DNA of 64,000 nucleotides from NCBI GenBank assembly GCA_964016885.1, contig OZ024740.1:259346001-259410000 (forward strand), read 5' to 3'. Each line of letters begins with the position of its first letter. Within the stretch, counting starts at the first letter, position 1. The translations under genes were made by a program, and so were the position numbers. Positions 41,674 through 53,075 of the stretch are shown here, piece after piece. This DNA comes from Eledone cirrhosa. Taxonomy: Eukaryota. A model generated the notes under the pieces. It was given only the letters and a program-made list of their open reading frames with translations. It searched no databases and was not told the origin of the DNA.

Positions 41674-42031
41674 TACATATATGTATATACACGTACATAC
41701 ATATATATATATACATACATACACACATATATATATACACATACATACATATATGTATATACACGTACATACATATATATATATATATACATATACATAT
41801 CATCATCATCATCATCATCATTTTACATATATATATACACATATATCACAGTAAAAAGGGAATCAGTGTTGCAACGAATGGAATTTATTGGATATATTAC
41901 AATCGTTTCTCTGGCAACCAGCTCGAAGCATAATCGATGTGATGATCGAACCTGACTCTGAAAATCGCAAGGTCCTCAGATACGTCTTGATTCTACGAAC
42001 CAGATTTTCCTATATGTATGTATGTGTATGT

Positions 42032-43120
42032 ATCATCATCATCATCATCATCATTTTACATCCGCTTTTCCCTGCTTGCAAGGGTGGGACGGGAACTGAT
42101 TCTGGCTTGATTTCTACAGCTGGATGCCCTTCCTAACACCAACCTCATTTACAGTGAGTGCTGGGTGCTTTTTTGCCGTGGCACCTCCACGACCACTTTG
42201 CAGTCCCTATCATCTCATTTCTACAGCTGAGTAAACTGGAACAATGTGAAATAAAGTATCTTGCTCAAGGAAACAACACATCATATATATATATATACGC
42301 ACACATACATATATATATATATATATATACACATCATCATCATCATCATCAACGTTTAACGTCCGTGTTCCACGCTTGCATGGGTTTGGACGGGGGTAGT
42401 CCCACTTGAGGCAAGAGTGATTGTCTTGCTCGTATAGGACTGTCTGGCAGGTTTCCTACAGTTGGATGCCCTTCCTAACACCAACCACATTTACAGTGTG
42501 GGTCTGGGAGGTTTTTACCGTGTTGCCTACACGGCCACATTACAGCGTGGACTGTGCGTTTTTTTGTCGTGATACATATATACATATACATACACACATA
42601 CATACATATATATACATATATATATATATATGATCATCATCATCATCATCATTTACGTCTATTTTCCACAATGGAATGGGTTAGATAGGTTGTCATGTTA
42701 TGAGACAAGTCAGGCCAGGAGACCACATGTTACTCACACAGATCTGTATGTTGGTATGGTTTCTACAATTAGATACCCTTCCTAATGCCAACCATGTTAC
42801 AGTGTGGACTAAGTGCATTTTATGGTGGCACTAAGATGACCATCTAACAGTGGGGACTGGGTGCTTTTTTGTCATGTCACCAACACGACCACCTTACAGA
42901 GTAGACTGGCTGCTTTTTTTCTCACGTCACCAGCAAGATTACCCTACAGGGTGGACTAGGTACATTTTTCTCATAAATAAAATATGGTTCAACATCAGGA
43001 ATGGCAACTTGAAATGAAGCATCTTGCTCAAGAACACAGCATGCCACCCAGTCCAGAAATCAAACCTACAACTTTATGATCAGGAGTTCAACACTTTAAT
43101 CACTAGTCTTCATGCCCTGT
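42032..43120 (-). mobile_element. Cluster of SINE family 2 / RTE-tail fragments
   Basis: Repeated (CAT)n heads followed by GGATGCCCTTCCTAACACCAACC-like motifs. Confidence 0.7.
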
Positions 43121-44125
43121 GTACTTGAAAAGTGATAACTTATCACATTAGTGTTGAACTTGTACATTCCTTCTTAAAAATTATTACATAAATCTATAAA
43201 ACTACTATATCATCATCATCACTGTTTAACATCTATTTTCCATGCTTGCATGGGTTAGGCAATTATGTAACAAATAGTGACAACGGTACTAATAACTTTC
43301 TCAGTTCGAAATAGAGCCAGTTGTATTTGTTGACAACAGGCAGCTGTCTGCCCACAGCACTATCAGACGAAAATTACAGCATCACTGACATGAAACTATC
43401 ATATAATAGACATCACACCACCCTGTCAGACTTTCTTTATTCCACCTTCATACTTTTTCTACCCCCTCAGTGTCATTCTTCTTTGTCTACACGTTGGACT
43501 ACAGCCCTTATTATTTTTTTTCTATTTCTTTCCTTTCTATATTTTGTTCTCTTTTGGCTAAGCCCTCATATACTATCCTCCACCTCCTTTGTCAGTTGAT
43601 GCACTTGGGATACATTTTCGTCTATATTTGTCTAATTCACCGAAAGACATAAACTGTCCTGTCTTTGTCCCTACCTCTTTTGTTACGTCCTAAAGTGCAC
43701 TGGAATGAATAGTATCAACTTTAATGAACCAAAACTATAGCAATTTCCAGAGGTTGACTGAAGAAATGGGACTGTCCATATTTCTGTTCTCTTTGGCCTG
43801 TGTGCCTCATCATCATCACTGTTTAACGTCAACTTTTCCTCACTAGCATGGGTTAAACGAGTTGTCCCTTTGTGAAACAAGCCAGATCAGATGACCATGT
43901 CTTGCTCAAACAGGGCTGATTTTGACTTGGTTTCTACAGCTGGATGCCCTTCCTAATGCCAACCACATTTACAGTGTGTACAGGGTGCTTTTTTATCGTG
44001 ACACCTACATGACCACTTTACAGTGTGAACTGGGCATTTACAGCTATGCCTGTGCATATATATATATAGCCAACACACAATTTATATTCCCAATACGCAG
44101 ATGCTGTATATATTTTCTATGCAGT

Positions 44126-44350
44126 TTATTTTGATGTTTCTGTATTAAAAATGTCCTCAAAAGGATATTCTAGTTGAAGATTTCGTAAAGTCTGTAAGAA
44201 ATGTTTTGGAAACGGTGCTACAATAGAAAGAACAGGTTCTGAAACCTTCATCTGAGTGAGATCAACTTTAACACGATGTAGATAGAGAGGCATTTGGCCA
44301 GATTGGGAAAGTTCCTGTTTCAAAGCCAACTTTAGTTCTTCGGGAAGTTT
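44126..44350 (-). CDS. RPUSD3: RPUSD3-like mitochondrial pseudouridine synthase family protein, terminal coding exon
   Basis: Acceptor tttatttccag; phase 0; KLPEELKLALKQELSQSGQMPLYLHRVKVDL...LSIVAPFPKHFLQTLRNLQL..* resembles the RPUSD3/4 C-terminus (PLHLH...APLP.YF..L..LGL), recalled from memory. Confidence 0.85.
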   Translation of the reverse strand, partial: KLPEELKLALKQELSQSGQMPLYLHRVKVDLTQMKVSEPVLSIVAPFPKHFLQTLRNLQLEYPFEDIFNTETSK

Positions 44351-44501
44351 CTGGAAATAAAAGACAAATGCATAAGGTTTTTAATTCATTTGTTGAATTA
44401 CAAACTTAATGTTGGTGGTGGTAGTGGTCGAGGTGATGGTGATGTTGGTGATGATGTTGATGGTGATAGTGATGATGATATTAATGATTATGCTGATGTT
44501 G

Positions 44502-44691
44502 ATAATTGTTTCTACTTTAGGCACCAGGCCAGCAAATTACCCAGTGCATTACTGGTACTTTATTTTATCGACCCCGTAAGGATGAAAGGCAAAGTCAACC
44601 TTGGCGGGATTTGAACTCAGATCGTAAAGGGACGTAACTATGCTGGAAAGTATGGCGTCCGACTCTCTACTGATACTGCCAATCCACCGCC
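44502..44691 (-). mobile_element. tRNA-derived SINE family 1 (intronic)
   Basis: Closely similar reverse complement of 27173-27362. Confidence 0.85.
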
Positions 44692-45237
44692 ATGTTGATA
44701 ATGATAGCAACGGTGGAGTGGTGGTGATGTTGATAACAGAAATGTTGATAGTGGCAGCAGTGGTGTTGGTGGTGGTTGTGGTGGTGGTGGTGATAGTGGT
44801 GGTGGTGAAGGTGATGATGATGACAGCAATGGTGATGAGAGTGTAGCTGATGGTAGTGATGATGATGATGGAGCTGGTGATAATAGTGCTGGTGGTGAGA
44901 GTGTGGTTTGGTGATGATGATGATGCTCTTAGTAGTGATGAAGGTAGTGGATGGTGGTAATGCTGGTAGTTTCACTGATGGTGGTGATGATGCTGGTGGT
45001 AGTGTTGATGGTACTGGTATTACTGATGGTTATAGTTTGAAGATGGTGATGATGGTACTGGGAATCGTGATGATGATAATAAAGACTAGTTGTTATTGTT
45101 GTCTATGAAGAAAAGGAATGGGTTAAGTCTTGGCTGAGTGAGACAAATATTTAGATCTTTATCTTTTACAATTTGAAGAATTTTGTCATTCTCTCTCTCT
45201 CCACTCGCTCTGTCTCACTTTATATATATACACATCA

Positions 45238-45545
45238 TGGAGGCACATGGCCTTGCAATCGAAAGGTTGTGAGTTCAATTCCCAGACCGGGTGATGTGTT
45301 GTTTCCTTGAGCAAGACACTTTATTTCACATTGCTCCAGTTTAGAAATGAGATGATGGGGACTGGGGTCCATATCATTCCACTGTAAAGTGGTCGTGGAG
45401 GTGCCACGGCATAAAAGCACCCAGCACTCACTGTAAATGAGGTTGGTGTTAAGAAGGGCATCCAGCTGTAGAAATCAAGCCAGAATCAGTTCCCGTCCCA
45501 CCCTTGCTAGCAGGGAAAAGTGGACGTAAAAAATGAAATGAAAAA
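45238..45545 (+). mobile_element. SINE family 2 (intronic)
   Basis: GGAGGCACATGG head, GAGTTCAATTCC, RTE-type tail. Confidence 0.85.
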
Positions 45546-45678
45546 AAAAAATCTCTCTCTCTCTCTGGTGTTTATGATAGTTTTGTTTTGTCCGGAGGAC
45601 AAACAGTGTTCTATCACTGACCCTCAGTACTAAGTCATAAGAAAATCATAATAAAAGAAGAGGAAGTAGGATGCTTAC

Positions 45679-45818
45679 CTGTTTACCTACACTTGATAAA
45701 TGAGGTTCTAAGAGGACTGGAGTACCAAATATTTTCCCCAAACGTCCTGAGTAAAGGTAGTCTCCTAGTACATGACAAAGTAGTGTGGTGCAATGTACCT
45801 CTAAACTCTGCCATTTAT
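45679..45818 (-). CDS. RPUSD3: RPUSD3-like exon (140 bp, phase 1 to 0)
   Basis: gttgtag acceptor, gtaagc donor; (D)KWQSLEVHCTTLLCHVLGDYLYSGRLGKIFGTPVLLEPHLSSVGKQ contains the RluA-family VH...xLGDxxY motif. Confidence 0.9.
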
Positions 45819-46404
45819 CTACAACAACACAGAAATAATGAGAAAAGTTACAACAAAACTAACATTTCACACAAAAACAAAACCAATATGGGAAACAAAT
45901 CTTTTCCCTATTCCATTATAATGGCTCCTAATTTAAGCAAAAGACCAGCAATTGATGCAAGGGTGATAAGTTGACAACATGCAACCCAATACATTACTGG
46001 TTCTTTATTTTCTTGATCTCTAGAAGAAAGGAAGTTAAATTTAACCTCAGTAAGATTCAAATTCTCAGTGCAAAAAGATGGAACAAATACCACAAACATT
46101 TTGTTGGCTACTCTTATGATTATGCCACTCTACTGCTCTTTCTCTATACCATTTGGAACAAGCATGGCTGTGTGGTTAAGTAGTTCACATTGCAGCAATG
46201 TGGCACTCTGGGCATATATATATATAGTATAGGTGATTCTACACATACATACATATATACACACACATACACCACCACCCCCATTATAGTCTTACTTTTC
46301 ACAGTATCAAATCTGACTCCAAACACATCCTTTAATCACAAGCACGCCCCTCCCTACCTTTCACACACACATACCACACATACACTTTACAATCTTAGTC
46401 TTAC

Positions 46405-46537
46405 CTTTCACAGTATCAAATCTCACTAAGGCACAGTTTAGTATCTCATTCTTCTTCAGTATTGTTGTTCTAATTTCCATCTTTTGGATCTTCCCACTTT
46501 TCCTCAGATTATTGGAAATATTCTCCGTAGACAGTGA
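46405..46537 (-). CDS. RPUSD3: RPUSD3-like exon (133 bp, phase 0 to 1)
   Basis: tttatttccag acceptor, gtaaga donor; SLSTENISNNLRKSGKIQKMEIRTTILKKNEILNCALVRFDTVK; phases fit both neighbouring exons. Confidence 0.85.
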
Positions 46538-46953
46538 CTGGAAATAAAAAATATGTCATCCTAATCATCACCATCACCACCACCACCACCATCATCATCC
46601 TCATCATCATCGTTTAACGTCTATTTACCACATTAGCATGGGTTAGATGGGTTGTCCCATTTGAGGCTAGTCAGATCAAGTGGTCATGTCTTGCTCATAC
46701 AGAACTGGTTTTGGCTTGGTTTCTATGGCTGGATGGCCTTTCTAACACCAACCACTTTTACAGTGTGTGTTGGGTGCTTTTTGTTGACCCCTGACTGAGT
46801 ACTTTTTATCGTGGCACTGTAACAACCACTTTACAGAGAAGGCTGGGTGCTTTTTGTCGTGATACCAACACAACCACTTTTAAGTGTGATAGATATTTCA
46901 TACGATTCTCACAGACCCATAAACATACTTCACCGTATTTTACAAAAATTCAT

Positions 46954-47145
46954 ATATGTAAATAAGCAAATAGGACCATCAAACACCTAAATCTAAACAT
47001 AGATACACCTAAAACTAACGCAAAGTAATCACTGAATGTCCCTATATTTAAATAAGCAATTAGGGCTGTTAAACACCTAAAACTGAATGTAGATACACCT
47101 AGAACAAACGCTAAGTAATCACTGAATGTCCTTATATGTAAATAA
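46954..47145. repeat. About 90-bp tandem repeat, about 2.1 diverged copies
   Basis: ATATGTAAATAAGCAA...AAGTAATCACTGAATGTCC repeated. Confidence 0.8.
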
Positions 47146-47609
47146 TACACTCCAAAAACAAAGCCAACAATAAACAAAACACCCAGTGAATAAGATCATC
47201 AAATGCCAACTTGTAACTAATACACTCGTTAAAACAAAGCTAATTATAAACTAAATGCCTATACTAGATCCAAGAGATCATCTATAATTCCTACCTCAGA
47301 CATCATCCATATTTCCTGATTCATACTCTGTAAACCCAACCACCAACCAGTATGAAGCTGTCACATTATACAGTTTCTGTATAAGAATACACAATGTAAT
47401 TCATCACCATACATCATCACTATCATCACTAAAGATTATCCCCATCATCATCACCGTTTTACATTTGTTTTCCATACCGAGACGGGTTGGACAGGTAGGT
47501 TGACACGTTCTGAGAGCAGGCACATTGTATAGCCATGCCCTGATCTCGAGGTGCTTGTATGCACAACTTGGACTATTTTTCATTGTCAAGAATAGCACTG
47601 AAGCTGTTA

Positions 47610-47970
47610 ACTGTGTGTGTCTATGTGTATGCATGCACACCCATGTGTGTGTTTGTGCCCATGTGTAAGTGTGCACACTCATGTGTGTGTTTGTGTTCCT
47701 GTATTTGTGCCCACCCATGTGTATGTTTGTGCACACCCATGTGTGTTTATGTCCAACCATGTGAGTGTTTGTGCCCATGTGTATGTGTGCATACCTATGT
47801 GTATGTGTGTGTGTGCACAACCATGTGTGTTTGTGCCCACCATGTGTGTGTTTGTGCACACCAACATATATATTTGTACCTATGTGTATGTGTGCATACC
47901 CATGTGAGTGTTTGTGCCTATGTGTGTGTATGCACACCCAAGTGTGTGTTTGTGCCCCTGTGTGTATGTA
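47610..47970. repeat. CCATGTGTGTGTTTGTGC-type minisatellite
   Basis: Direct reading. Confidence 0.85.
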
Positions 47971-48580
47971 TTTGTTTGTTTCTGCAAATGTCTTTATGTT
48001 GACAGCACTTAAAAACGATACTCTTTGTCTATGTCCCACAGCTTGGTACCTTTTCAGATGGAGTGTATATAAAACTGCATTATCTAACATGTTCTTATTT
48101 TTATAAAACTGTGACATGATTTGTGGGATAGTTGGCTATTATTTCTAGCATAGAGGATCCCTCATTGGAACCATCATCGTTTTCATCATTGTCATTTTAA
48201 TGTATGTTTTCTCTTCTAGCAAAGATTAGATTGAGTATAAAAACAAAATTTACAGCTCACTCCAATATGCAGGCTTAGCTGGCCTCCTACAAAGTTGCAT
48301 TTCATAGCAGATCTCTTGGGTATTTTAATGATAGGGGCCCTGGTCTATCATGTTAAGCATTCTGAGATGAAGCAGCTTGCTCAAGAATACAATGTAGCAG
48401 CCAGTCCAAGAAGTGAACCCACAACCTCAGAAATGTGAGTTGAACAACCTAACCAATGACCTCATGACTTCACGTTCCTTCATTGGCTTGATTTCATGAA
48501 ACTAATTAGAAAACAAGTATGTAATGAGAAGAAGAATCATTCATTAGTAAAATAATGAGATGCTTAATTGCAGAACTTAC

Positions 48581-48668
48581 CAGAACTCTGTCTTTGATTC
48601 TTTCTTGTTTCAAATATAAGGTCGACTTGACAGGTCTGTCCTTCTTTGGAATTCCAACAGTTATAGCT
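48581..48668 (-). CDS. RPUSD3: RPUSD3-like exon (88 bp, phase 2 to 0); most upstream exon found
   Basis: ccgtag acceptor, gtaagt donor; AITVGIPKKDRPVKSTLYLKQERIKDRVL matches the RluA-family Y.AI..GIP motif. Confidence 0.85.
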
Positions 48669-48715
48669 CTACGGTTATTGAAATTGTAAATAAATATATG
48701 TAAATAAATAAATAA

Positions 48716-48752
<37 letters not shown>

Positions 48753-49009
48753 TATATATATAACTAAATAACTAATATAACTAAAAACAATATATAACAG
48801 GAAATATCATTTTGAGAAATCTAGATGTTAAAATGATAAATAGAGCAATTTAACATCTAGAAGTATGTATTTAAATTTACATATGTACAAAATTTATTAT
48901 TGATGCTCTGAACTGAAGTTTATTGAGCGTTGTACTAAGAAACATTATTGATATATATTTTATATGTATTGAATAAAACTAAAATTAAGTTTATATATAT
49001 GCAATGCAA

Positions 49010-49258
49010 GGAAGCCTGTGCAGTGCACTCTACATGTGAATGGAGTTCCACTGAAATAGGTAGAGAAGTTCAAGTTTCTCGGGGTCGTGTTCATGAGTGA
49101 TGGAAGGTAGGAGGCTGAATTAAGTGCACGAATTGCTGGAGCTGGTGCAGTAATGTGCCAGCTTTAGTATTCAGTAATCAGAAGGGAGATAGGTGTAAAA
49201 GCCAAACTCACTATCTTCAATTCAGCTTTCATGCCAACCCTTACCTATGGTCATGAAT
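49010..49258 (+). mobile_element. RTE (Expander-like) fragment
   Basis: [23 protein letters not shown]; similar to 15460-15660. Confidence 0.75.
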
Positions 49259-49391
49259 ATATATATATATATGTGTGTATATATATATGTATGTATGTAT
49301 ATATATATATATATATATGTTTATATATATATACATACATATATATATACATACATATATATGTTTATATATATATGTTTATATATATATG

Positions 49392-49431
<40 letters not shown>

Positions 49432-49451
49432 TATATATATATATATCTCTT

Positions 49452-51677
49452 TTACTCTAATCTTTTACCTGTTCCAGCCATCCGGCTGAGGCCATGCAAT
49501 AAGGAGTTTGTTGCTGCTGCCCTTAGGTTTCCCTCATGCCTTGCTGTGGGCTCATCCGGGATCCTGGATAGCAAGGTGTCGAGATGTTTCCTGAAGACAT
49601 CCACCTCCACACCATGCAGATCTCTCAGATCCCTCGGCTTCTTGTTGAAGAGTTGAGGGCCCTTGAACCTCAGGCTATTGCAATATCTGCTCCTTATTCT
49701 AGATGTGGAAGATGGGACCCTTGGCACCACACAGTGATGTCCTGTTCGACGGTTGGTCCAGCTCCCAATGCCAAAGTTTGGTGCTAGTCCCTCCAGGATT
49801 TTCCACATGTAGATCACTGCGTATCTCTCCCGTCTTCGTTCCAAGGAGTTGAGGTTCAGTTCCTTTAGCCTCTCCCAGTAGCTTGTCTCCTTCATCGTCG
49901 CAATCCTCTTGGTGTAGCTTCGCTGGATTGCCCCATGCTCCATGGTTAGTTTGACACTATGGGGTGACCACAACTGGGAGCAATAGTCCAGGCAGCTTAG
50001 GACAAATGTCCTCCATAGTGTCAACATGGTGTCTCGGTCTCTTGTCTGGAAAGTCCTCAAGATCCAGTCAGCGAGTCGTCTGCACATTGCGCCACTTTCA
50101 TGATGTGTGAGGAAAAAGATGCATCATCACTCATGTCTATACCCAGGTCTCGTATTGATTTTGACATGGGGATATTGGTCCCTCCTGGTCCTGCGTAACT
50201 GTACTGTATTTGTTTGCAGGTTTGTATTGTAGGGCTTGGAATTTGCCAGCATTAAACTGCATGTTGTTGTCTTCTGCCCATTTGTATATGGCATCCAGAT
50301 CTTGTTATAAAAGGGCAGTGTCAGCCGGGTTTTTGATTGCCTGTGCTACCTTAGTGTCATCAGCATAGCTAGTGAGGGATGTTGTTGTATGTACTACAGA
50401 GGGCATGTCTGAGAGAGCCACCAAAAACAGTAGTGGTCCCATGACTGTGCCTTGGGGCACCCCACTTGTTATTGATGTTTCCTTTGAGAGGGCCCCATTT
50501 GCTGCGACTGTCTGGCTTCTGTCCTTTAGGAAGTCATGCAGCCACTCACGTACTTTTCCAATTATGCCGAGTCCATGTAGTTTGTGACATATCATTCCGT
50601 GGTCGACCTTGTCAAAGGCCTTCGCAAAGTCAAGATATATCACGTCCACATGTGAGCTGCCTAGCAGTTGTTTCAGTACCCAGTCATAGTGATGTAGGAG
50701 TTGTGTAAGGCAGCTTCTTCCTGGGCGGAAGCCATGCTGCGTGCTAGTCTGGCGGTCATTTTCCTTGAGGAAAGTGATCAGTTTCTTTCTGACAACTCGC
50801 TCCATGACCTTACTGATATGCAACGTCAGGCAGACTGGCCTATAGTTTTTGGCCTCCGCTCTGCTACCTCCTTTATGGATAGGGCATATTGTGCCTTCTT
50901 TCAACTCCCTGGGTAGTACACCGCTAGCCAAGGAGCTTCTGAAGAGCATCTTCAGTGGAGTTGCTAAGGCCCGCTTACATATTTTTAAGAGAACTGCTGG
51001 GAATCCATCAGGTCCAGCAGCTGAGTCTGTTCTAATTTCATCTATGGCATATACCACATCCTCCTCCATTATATCTAAGTGGTTGATGGTCGCCATTTCT
51101 TCATGTAGTATTGTGGCATCAAAGAACTCCTCTGGCTTTGTTATTTGCATGTGCCTCAGTGGACATGTGAACACACTTTTGTACTGTTCGTTCAGTATTT
51201 CACATATCTCTTGGGGATTCTCGGTTTATGAAACGTCTGTATGGAAGAGTGGCCCAATCTTGCAGTGAACCGAGGCAGTTTCTTTTGCAAATTTAAAGAA
51301 GGTCTTAGGGTTTGTTTTAATATTTTCTATGGCCCCTGCTTTCTTTCTTTGCCCTCTCATTTTCATGGGAAAGTTTGAGTGCAATCTCGGTGTCAAGTAA
51401 TGCACGTTTCAAATAGGATTCCTTCTTGCTTTTGTTTTCTTGTTGTGCATTCAACTGGTTTGAGAGCTTGGTTCTACGTCTCATAAGGATTTTCCTATCT
51501 CTGGGGATAAGATTTTTGTGTCTGTTTGCCTTTTTCTCTGGGACAAACTTTTTGCATATAGTGTGTATCATTGTCATGAAGTGTTGAAATTGTGTGTTGG
51601 TGTCTTGTGTGGCGGTGTTTTCACTCCATATTTGCTTCTGGATTTCTCTCTTGATTTTTTTCCAGTTAGCCTTGTAG
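49452..51677 (-). mobile_element. CR1-group LINE (linker, RT, 3' end), same family as 19338-20486
   Basis: SAAGPDGFPAVLLK, NYRPVCL, QHGFRPGRSCLTQLL, YLDFAKAFDKV, YADD. Confidence 0.92.
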
Positions 51678-51711
51678 AAATAAATGGAAACTATATTTAT
51701 AAAACCATATT

Positions 51712-51774
51712 TATTTTATTATATATATTTCAAGGGTACCAAAAGACTTTGGTGCGCTTTCTTCAGATAAAATA
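51712..51774 (-). ncRNA. Hammerhead ribozyme in the inverted pLTR (intact core)
   Basis: UAUUUUAU-CUGAAGA-AAG..CCAAA/UUUGG..CUU-GAAA-UAUAUAUA-AUAAAAUA; the copy at 56447-56509 (+) has C3U. Confidence 0.8.
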
Positions 51775-52385
51775 CAAAGTTTGTTTTATAAATAGAGACG
51801 TACCCAGGAAAATCATACCTATCAGTTGGATATTCTTTGGATAGTGGAAATGTATTAGGGATTTTTCAAACTTATGGGTGAATATGTAAATGAATATGTA
51901 AATAATTGAAAAACAACCGTTTATTTAAACGACTATTCAGAGAGAGAAGAGAGAAGAGAAGGACAAAATAGTGAGAGAGAGAGAAGGAAAAAAGCGAAGA
52001 TGAATAAAAAACTCATATAATGTTAATTTGATGGAAATATATTCAAACAATTATCCATGTATATATGTAAATATATATCTTAATAATATGTGTATTTATA
52101 TTAAAAAGATATTTTACGATTATTAGTTGTATAAAATTTGTTTATAATATAATATTTTTCATTCGTTTATAAGTAAATAAATAAATACATAAATAAATAG
52201 ATGGGTATATCATGTTATAGATAGTTGTTCTAATGAGTTATGAGGGATATTGGTTTTGTATTTTATGAAAATAAATATGTATTTAAAATTGAGAATGATT
52301 TAAAATTAAATTAAATTAAATTAAATTAAATTAAATTAAATTAAATTAAATTAACTGAGTTAAGTAAGAATATTTATATTTATAT

Positions 52386-53075
52386 AGAAGTCGCATTGAT
52401 AGACACATTTTTCAAATGCAAGAGGGCGCTATAGAAGTGGTGGATAGCTTCCAGTACCTAGGAGATCAGATTAGCATGGGAGGAGGGTGTTCCGAGGCCA
52501 TAGTATCTAGAATAAGGACGGGTTGGAAGAAGCTTAGGGAGCTGCTTCCTCTGTTGACGAAGAAGGGTTTCTCCCTGCGTACGAAAGGCCGGTTGTATGA
52601 TGCCTGTGTGAGGAGCGCAATGCTTCATGGTAGTGAGACATGGGCAGCAACTGCAGAGGATATGCGACGGCTGGAGAGAAATGAGGCAAGCATGCTCCGT
52701 TGGATGTGCAGTGTAAATGTGCGTGAACGACCCAGCATAAATGTGTTGAGAGAGAAACCGTGTCTGAGAGGGATAGAATGTAGTGTACGGGAGAGGAGAC
52801 TGAGGTGGTATGGACATGTGATGCGCATGGAGAATGACCGATGGGTGAAGAAGTGCCAGGAATTGCCAGTTGAAGGAAGACGTGGTAGAGGTAGACCACG
52901 AAAAACATGGGCGGAGGTGGTGAGAACAGACCTCAGATCATTGAAGCTCACGGTGGAGATGACGAGGGACCGTGACGAGTGGAGAGATGCAGTGCTGAAT
53001 AAGACCTGTCCCACCCTTGCAAGCAGGGAAAAGCGGACGTAAAATGATGATGATGATGATGATGATGATGATGCT
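52386..53075 (+). mobile_element. 5'-truncated RTE family B copy inserted in the Penelope inverted pLTR
   Basis: Open 208-aa C-terminal ORF and (ATG)n tail; pLTR homology resumes on both sides. Confidence 0.92.

Noticed and set aside
46954-47970. CRISPR-like repeat arrays
   Set aside because: Plain tandem repeats without unique spacers, in a eukaryotic context
47404-48117. 237-aa His/Thr-rich ORF
   Set aside because: Mostly a minisatellite inside the RPUSD3-like intron
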